Under the pieces are notes generated by a model. It saw nothing but the letters and a program-made list of their open reading frames with translations, ran no database searches and was not told where the DNA came from. 30,072 bases of DNA from a virus (Duplodnaviria; Caudoviricetes), in IMG/VR virus record IMGVR_UViG_3300030433_002706, positions 1 to 30,072 of that record; one strand, given 5' to 3'. Shown here one piece after another: positions 25,132 to 30,072 of this stretch. A program made the position numbers and the translations under genes. Position 1 is the first letter of the stretch. The number at the start of each line of letters is the position of its first letter.

Positions 25132-26263
25132 ATGCTATTATTTTTATCACTTTTATTAGGTCATGCTGAAGACCTTTCGCTATCCGAGACATCTTATACG
25201 GGAGCTTCTATTTTAACAGGCGACTATGATGTTGTATTCGACCAGTCTCTGAATGAAGATTAGGGTCTATTCTTTTTTTGAAGGAAACACTTTATACGTT
25301 GGTAATAGTGACACTAGTGGCAACTCCATAGATGCTATTGTAGAGTTTTACTGGTTTCAATCATCAATTGATCGCGGGTCTGACTTTTATGTCGCAGTCA
25401 TAAAGGCACGTTCAACGCCGGGAAGAGATTGTTTCTGGTCAGATTGCCACCTGTGGGCAGACGAGATTCAAGACTGGGGAGAGTATCCTGTTATAAGCGT
25501 TGAAGCTATGACGGATGTGTCTCGTGAACAAGGAGCGTTCCGTTGGGATTGGTCTGTGCCTTTTGAGAACTATGGTATTGATGCCTATGGACAGGTTTCT
25601 TTTGCAAACCAATATGGTGTCGGTGGAAATGCTGAAGGATCTGCTATGGCACACGGAGAATACCAACTGAACGAAGATGGTGACGTAAAAGCTGCTGGTG
25701 ATGTGCAGGTAAAAGGATACATCGGAACGGAGTATCGTGTTCAAACTCAGTATGACGTAACTCTCTATGAGTGGGACGTGTATGTAAACGGAAGAGCCGA
25801 TCTTATGGCTTGGGATATGTATCTTAACCTAGGAGTTAGGGACGACCAGTCTGCTTATCACGAATACTTTTTGGCTATTCAAGTTGAAGAAGGCGAACCA
25901 TTCATGCTTGATGAGCTTAACATCATGGGTAATTTTGACATGGGATGGTGGAACCCAATTCGTAGTGAATTAGGTGTCTCTTTGCAAAACATTATTATTT
26001 CTCAACCTTATTGGGAACCAACGATGGATCAAGAGGAAGAGGAGGAAGAAGAGACACCTGAAGAACCAATGGACACAGGTGAGCCAGAAGATACTGGTGC
26101 CGAAGAAATCACTGAAGAAACCGAAGATGAAACAGAGAACACCGAATTAACCTTAGAAGAAGGCAAGCCAATCCGGTCTTGTTCGTCAACAACCGCACCA
26201 ATGGAGTGGTTAATTCTATTATCACCTTTGGCAATTATTAGGAGGAACAATGAATATAGATAA
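25132..26263 (+). pseudogene. Surface-anchored exported protein gene split by a +1 frameshift (ORFs 25132..25263 and 25253..26263)
   Basis: 25132..25263 encodes MLLFLSLLLGHAEDLSLSETSYTGASILTGDYDVVFDQSLNED* (signal peptide, RBS GGAG); the +1 ORF has an acidic DTG-rich linker and a C-terminal SCS...WLILLSPLAIIRR anchor but no signal peptide. Confidence 0.6.
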
Positions 26264-26495
26264 AGAACAAACAAAATCACTCGCTGAACAAGTCGACCAC
26301 CCAAGTCATTATGGTGGAAAAGAAAACACATACGAAGCAATCAAAGTTATTGATGCTTGGGGCTTAGGTTTTCATCTGGGGAATGTAATCAAATACATTT
26401 CTAGAGCAGGAAAGAAAAACCCAAAAACTCTCATTCAGGACTTAAAGAAGGCCTCGTGGTATCTTCAGAAGTATATTGAGAAACTAGAAGAATAA
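26250..26495 (+). CDS. DUF3310 (T7 gp1.7 nucleotide-kinase-like) protein
   Basis: VDHPSHY...EAIKVI...GFHLGNVIKYISRAGKK...DLKKASWYL; RBS AGGAGG. Confidence 0.88.
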   Translation: MNIDKEQTKSLAEQVDHPSHYGGKENTYEAIKVIDAWGLGFHLGNVIKYISRAGKKNPKTLIQDLKKASWYLQKYIEKLEE

Positions 26496-26510
26496 ACTTT
26501 ACTAAAAAAT

Positions 26511-26539
26511 TTGACAAACCAAACACAACACGTTATATT
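26511..26539 (+). promoter_or_regulatory. Sigma70-type promoter
   Basis: TTGACA 26511-26516, 17 nt ending GT, TATATT 26534-26539; RBS TGGAGGAC. Confidence 0.85.
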
Positions 26540-26572
26540 ATAAACATAATAAACAACAATCATGGAGGACAC

Positions 26573-27040
26573 ATGAGTAACAAAATTAAGGGTATAACAT
26601 ACCAAGATTATAAAGAAGAAAGAAAAAAACTATTTGAAGGTTGTAAAAGCCCCGCAGCAGAGATCGAAAAACAAGGAAATGAAGAGTTTCATGTTTATAT
26701 GGGTAGAGCGCATATCAAAGATTTTTCAACAGGCTCTGAATCTCGAGGCCTTTTAAAAGTCGGCAGAGGGAAGTTCGCAACAGCAATACAGAGAGGCCGA
26801 AACCAGCCCGGCGTTGATTTTAGATTATATGCGATGATAAAATTTGCAACCAATGGTGAGACTTGGCAATGCGAAAGAGTGTTTAAGGAAATTATGTCTG
26901 ATCGTAATGTGGAAGGCCCACAAGGTCAGCAAGAGCTTTATGATTTTAAAGATAGTGAAATTAAACAAACAGTTGCCAAATTAATTAAAGAACTAAAAAA
27001 GAAAAATATCTCTGTAAAAGATACAAAATTTTGGATATAA
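26573..27040 (+). CDS. Hypothetical protein, possibly divergent T5orf172/GIY-YIG-like
   Basis: HVYMG...LLKVGRG...R...CERVFK...ELYD spacing resembles the T5orf172/MUG113 layout; weak. Confidence 0.5.
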   Translation: MSNKIKGITYQDYKEERKKLFEGCKSPAAEIEKQGNEEFHVYMGRAHIKDFSTGSESRGLLKVGRGKFATAIQRGRNQPGVDFRLYAMIKFATNGETWQCERVFKEIMSDRNVEGPQGQQELYDFKDSEIKQTVAKLIKELKKKNISVKDTKFWI

Positions 27041-27057
27041 AAACTTACAAGTGCCCC

Positions 27058-27086
27058 TTGACAAATGTCTTGGGGCATGTTATATT
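27058..27086 (+). promoter_or_regulatory. Sigma70-type promoter for dnaE, overlapped by an inverted repeat
   Basis: TTGACA 27058-27063, 17 nt ending TGT, TATATT 27081-27086; RBS TGGAGGAC before ATG 27124. Confidence 0.85.
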
Positions 27087-27123
27087 ATATACATAATAAA
27101 TAAGAACAATCATGGAGGACAAC

Positions 27124-30072
27124 ATGAATAAGATTGACTTTGTTGGGCTACACGCTCATTCAGGGGTTGGATCCCCTTTCGATGGATTTGGATATCCACA
27201 AGACCATATGGACTTTGCTTACAATAACGGAAGCAGAGCCCTAGCATTGACAGACCACGGAAACATGAATGGTCTAGCTTACCAAGTTCTTCACGCCAAG
27301 CGTATGAAGAAAGAAGGTAAAGACTTCAAACCTATCTTTGGTGTTGAAGCCTACTTTATTGAGTCTGTTGCCGACTGGAAGGTCAAACTAGATGAACACC
27401 GCGCAGATAAAGATAAGTCTAAAAATATTGACGACGCTCGCTCCGGAACTACCGTTGAGAACGAAGCAGAATCTAAGTCCGCGTCTAAATCAGAACTAAA
27501 CCGCAAGAGACACATCGTTCTTCTTGCAATGAACCAAGAAGGCTTGAATAATATTTTCAAGTTGGTCTCTCAGTCTTATCACGGAGATAACTTCTATCGT
27601 AAACCACGCATAGATTTTGATATGTTAGAGAAGCATAACGAGGGCATTATTGCACTCTCTGCTTGTCTTGGTGGTATCTATGCTGGTTGCTATTGGGAGA
27701 ACCGAGAAGAGGGTTCTGAGGCTGTTCTTGACTGCATGAGAACTATGACCAATAAGATGGTTGATATATTTGGAGATCGCTGGTATGGTGAGCTACAATG
27801 GAATGCCATCCCAGAACAACATGAATTGAACAACTATGTTATTCAAATGCATAAAGAATTTGGGATACCATTAGTATCAACTTGCGATTCTCACTATCCA
27901 TCACCTGACGCTTGGAACGATAGAGAACTATATAAGAAAATAGGTTGGCTCGGAAAGGGTAAACCGGAGTGGATGTCAGATGAACTACCTGAAAGTGTGG
28001 ATGAGATTGGCTATGAATTGTATCCAAAGAACGGCGAACAAATGTGGGCCGATTATAAAAGATATAGTAATATTATACATACCGATATTTCTTACGATGA
28101 TGATGTGGTTCGCCGTTCTATGCTTGAAACGGTCAATATTGCTTTTAAAAGGATTGAAGATTTTCTTCCTGATAATACTGTCCGTCTTCCTGATTTCGTC
28201 GTACCTGCTGGCCATCACCCTGCAGAATACTTGGCTCAACTCTCCTTCGAGGGCTTATTTAAGATTTTGGCACTTCGTTCTGTCGAACGAGGGTCAACCA
28301 CTTGGGTGGATTACACCGAAAGACTCAAGCACGAACTTAAAGTTATTTCTGAAAGAGGGTTCTCAAAATATTTCTTGACAATGAAGTCAATTGTGGACAA
28401 AACAAATGAAGTTCAACTCGCAGGGCCCGGAAGAGGATCAGCAGCAGGATCGCTGGTCGCTTATGCACTGGGTATTACACAAGTGGATCCAATTAAGTAT
28501 GGCCTATTATTCTCACGTTTTCTTAGGGCCGATGCGACGGACTATCCTGATATTGATTATGATGTATCCGATCCTATGGTGCTTAAAGAAATTCTTATTG
28601 ATGAGTGGGGTTCTGACACAGTAGTTCCCATTTCCAACTTCAACACCTTGCAGTTGAAGTCCCTTATCAAAGACATTTCGAAATTCTACGACATTCCTTT
28701 TGCGGAAGTTAACAAAGTAACGAACACAATGCTTAAAGAAGCCACTCCTCTTGCAAAGAAGAAGCACGGCATCCGAGCGGGTGTTTATACTCCGACTTTC
28801 GAAGAAGTGTGTGAGTTTTCTGAAACTCTTCAGAAGTTTTTTGTTGAACATCCAAAGGTCAAATCTCACGTTGAGGGATTGATGGGCCAAATTCGTTCTA
28901 CCTCTCGTCATGCCGGTGGTGTGGTGATTGGTGAAGAATTGGATAAATACATGCCTCTTATTGCTTCTAAAGGCGTACGCCAAACTCCTTGGTCTGAGGG
29001 TCAAAATGTTCGTCAACTTGAGCCAATGGGCTTCATTAAGTTTGACATCCTAGGTCTTGCAACCCTTCGAATGATGGAGGAAGCTATTGAGCGTATCCTT
29101 CAGAACCACCATGGCGTTGAGAATCCAACTTTTGCTGATGTTAAGAAGTATTACGATGAAAATCTTCATCCAGATGTAATTAATTTAAATGACCAAGAAG
29201 TTTACAAAAACATTTTCCAAGCCGGTAAGTGGATGGGTATCTTTCAGTTTACGGAGAAAGGGGCCCAAAGCCTCGCGAAGAGGGCGCAGCCAAAGTCGAT
29301 TATTGATATCTCTGCGATTACTTCTATTTACCGTCCCGGCCCTCTTTCTGCTGGTGTGGATAAGGCATATGTGGAGGCTGTTAGAGACCCTTTAACTATT
29401 AAGTATGAAAATGAAATCGTCGAAGAACTCACAAGAGAAACAAGAGGATTCCTTATATTCCAAGAGCAGATCGCTCTTCTTGCGAACCGCCTTGGCAAAG
29501 GGATTTCTCTTGATGATGCTAATTTACTGCGCAAACTGCTAACAAAGAAAGGTCTTGATGCGTCCAAGCAAGCAAAGAAAGAAGAGATTCTTCACAAATT
29601 TGTTGACGGCTGTATCGAAAAGGGAATGAGTAAGAGAACAGCAGAAGACATGTGGCAGAAGTTTGAATACTTCTCCGGCTATGGTTTCAATAAATCACAC
29701 GCTGTGGCTTATTCTTTAATCTCTTATCAGACCGCTTGGTTGGCTACATATTACAACGCAGAGTGGGCTTGCGCTTTCTTGGACAAAGAACCAGAGTCTC
29801 GTAAAGAAGCGGCGATTAACATTGCTAAGTCTTGGGGTTACACAATTAAGCCTCTTGATATTAACACTTCTGGTCGCAACTGGTCAGTTCAGGGAACAGA
29901 TACTCTTGTTGCGCCTTTGACAACCATCAAAGGTCTCGGAGATGCAGCCATCGATGAGATCCTTGAGAAGCGTCCATTTACGTCCGTAGAGCAACTTCTG
30001 TTTGACGGAGGGGTGGTAGCAAGGAAACTTAACAAGAAGTCCTTAGACGCCCTTTGTAGAGCCGGAGCAATG
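27124..30072 (+). CDS. dnaE: DNA polymerase III alpha subunit (family C), 3'-truncated by the window (absent from ORF track)
   Basis: MNKIDFVGLHAHS, ALTDHG, PIFGVEAY, CDSHY (PHP domain); GPGRGSAAGSLVAYALGIT, PDIDYD, SRHAGGVV, KFDILGL, IFQEQ, YGFNKSHA, IKGLG; no stop before the window end. Confidence 0.95.
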   Translation, partial: MNKIDFVGLHAHSGVGSPFDGFGYPQDHMDFAYNNGSRALALTDHGNMNGLAYQVLHAKRMKKEGKDFKPIFGVEAYFIESVADWKVKLDEHRADKDKSKNIDDARSGTTVENEAESKSASKSELNRKRHIVLLAMNQEGLNNIFKLVSQSYHGDNFYRKPRIDFDMLEKHNEGIIALSACLGGIYAGCYWENREEGSEAVLDCMRTMTNKMVDIFGDRWYGELQWNAIPEQHELNNYVIQMHKEFGIPLVSTCDSHYPSPDAWNDRELYKKIGWLGKGKPEWMSDELPESVDEIGYELYPKNGEQMWADYKRYSNIIHTDISYDDDVVRRSMLETVNIAFKRIEDFLPDNTVRLPDFVVPAGHHPAEYLAQLSFEGLFKILALRSVERGSTTWVDYTERLKHELKVISERGFSKYFLTMKSIVDKTNEVQLAGPGRGSAAGSLVAYALGITQVDPIKYGLLFSRFLRADATDYPDIDYDVSDPMVLKEILIDEWGSDTVVPISNFNTLQLKSLIKDISKFYDIPFAEVNKVTNTMLKEATPLAKKKHGIRAGVYTPTFEEVCEFSETLQKFFVEHPKVKSHVEGLMGQIRSTSRHAGGVVIGEELDKYMPLIASKGVRQTPWSEGQNVRQLEPMGFIKFDILGLATLRMMEEAIERILQNHHGVENPTFADVKKYYDENLHPDVINLNDQEVYKNIFQAGKWMGIFQFTEKGAQSLAKRAQPKSIIDISAITSIYRPGPLSAGVDKAYVEAVRDPLTIKYENEIVEELTRETRGFLIFQEQIALLANRLGKGISLDDANLLRKLLTKKGLDASKQAKKEEILHKFVDGCIEKGMSKRTAEDMWQKFEYFSGYGFNKSHAVAYSLISYQTAWLATYYNAEWACAFLDKEPESRKEAAINIAKSWGYTIKPLDINTSGRNWSVQGTDTLVAPLTTIKGLGDAAIDEILEKRPFTSVEQLLFDGGVVARKLNKKSLDALCRAGAM

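Noticed and set aside
25261-25281. TAG readthrough, stop-codon reassignment or T7 slippage as the cause of the split gene
   Set aside because: Readthrough meets TGA five codons later, the T run lies after the TAG, and TAA, TAG and TGA all end genes normally elsewhere.
26030-26160. GAA-rich repeats as a repeat array or CRISPR
   Set aside because: They encode a Glu-rich linker; there is no fixed repeat-spacer periodicity and no cas genes.
218-29567. Minus-strand and nested alternative-frame ORFs in the track
   Set aside because: They lie over well-supported + strand genes, have no recognisable motifs and are best explained as shadow ORFs.
1-30072. Bacterial chromosome origin of the window
   Set aside because: Despite recA, dnaE, ssrA, clpS and groES, the gp32-like SSB, GroES without GroEL, DUF3310, many tiny ORFs, single-strand packing and repeated promoters fit a large phage better; no capsid gene is in the window, so this remains an inference.

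Overview
A 30 kb, AT-rich, gene-dense stretch with all credible genes on the + strand, most consistent with the replication/nucleotide-metabolism region of a large tailed dsDNA phage (standard genetic code). It encodes a minimal family-A DNA polymerase, a divergent tubulin/FtsZ-like protein, a gp32-like SSB, a GHKL ATPase, RecA/UvsX, a stand-alone 5'-3' exonuclease, a DnaB/gp41 helicase, a class II RNR, an Hc1-like histone, GroES, ThyX, a J-domain protein, a complete tmRNA (tag ANNNLYFEEALAA), ClpS, a SprT-protease/DNA-methyltransferase fusion, a GIY-YIG nuclease plus adenine MTase pair, UvsE, DUF3310 and a DnaE-type Pol III alpha running off the right end. Twelve near-identical TTGACA-N17-TATATT promoters and a second upstream motif (ACTAHTTA) suggest two transcription classes. 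Most unusual: a proteostasis set (tmRNA, ClpS, J-protein, GroES), the SprT-MTase fusion, two exported-protein genes each broken by a +1 shift after the signal peptide, a shared N-terminal helix that may be a capsid-targeting signal, two 29-aa membrane peptides behind a promoter hidden in the tubulin gene, and structured leaders before ssb, recA and dnaE. All calls come from motif recognition by eye; no database searches were run.
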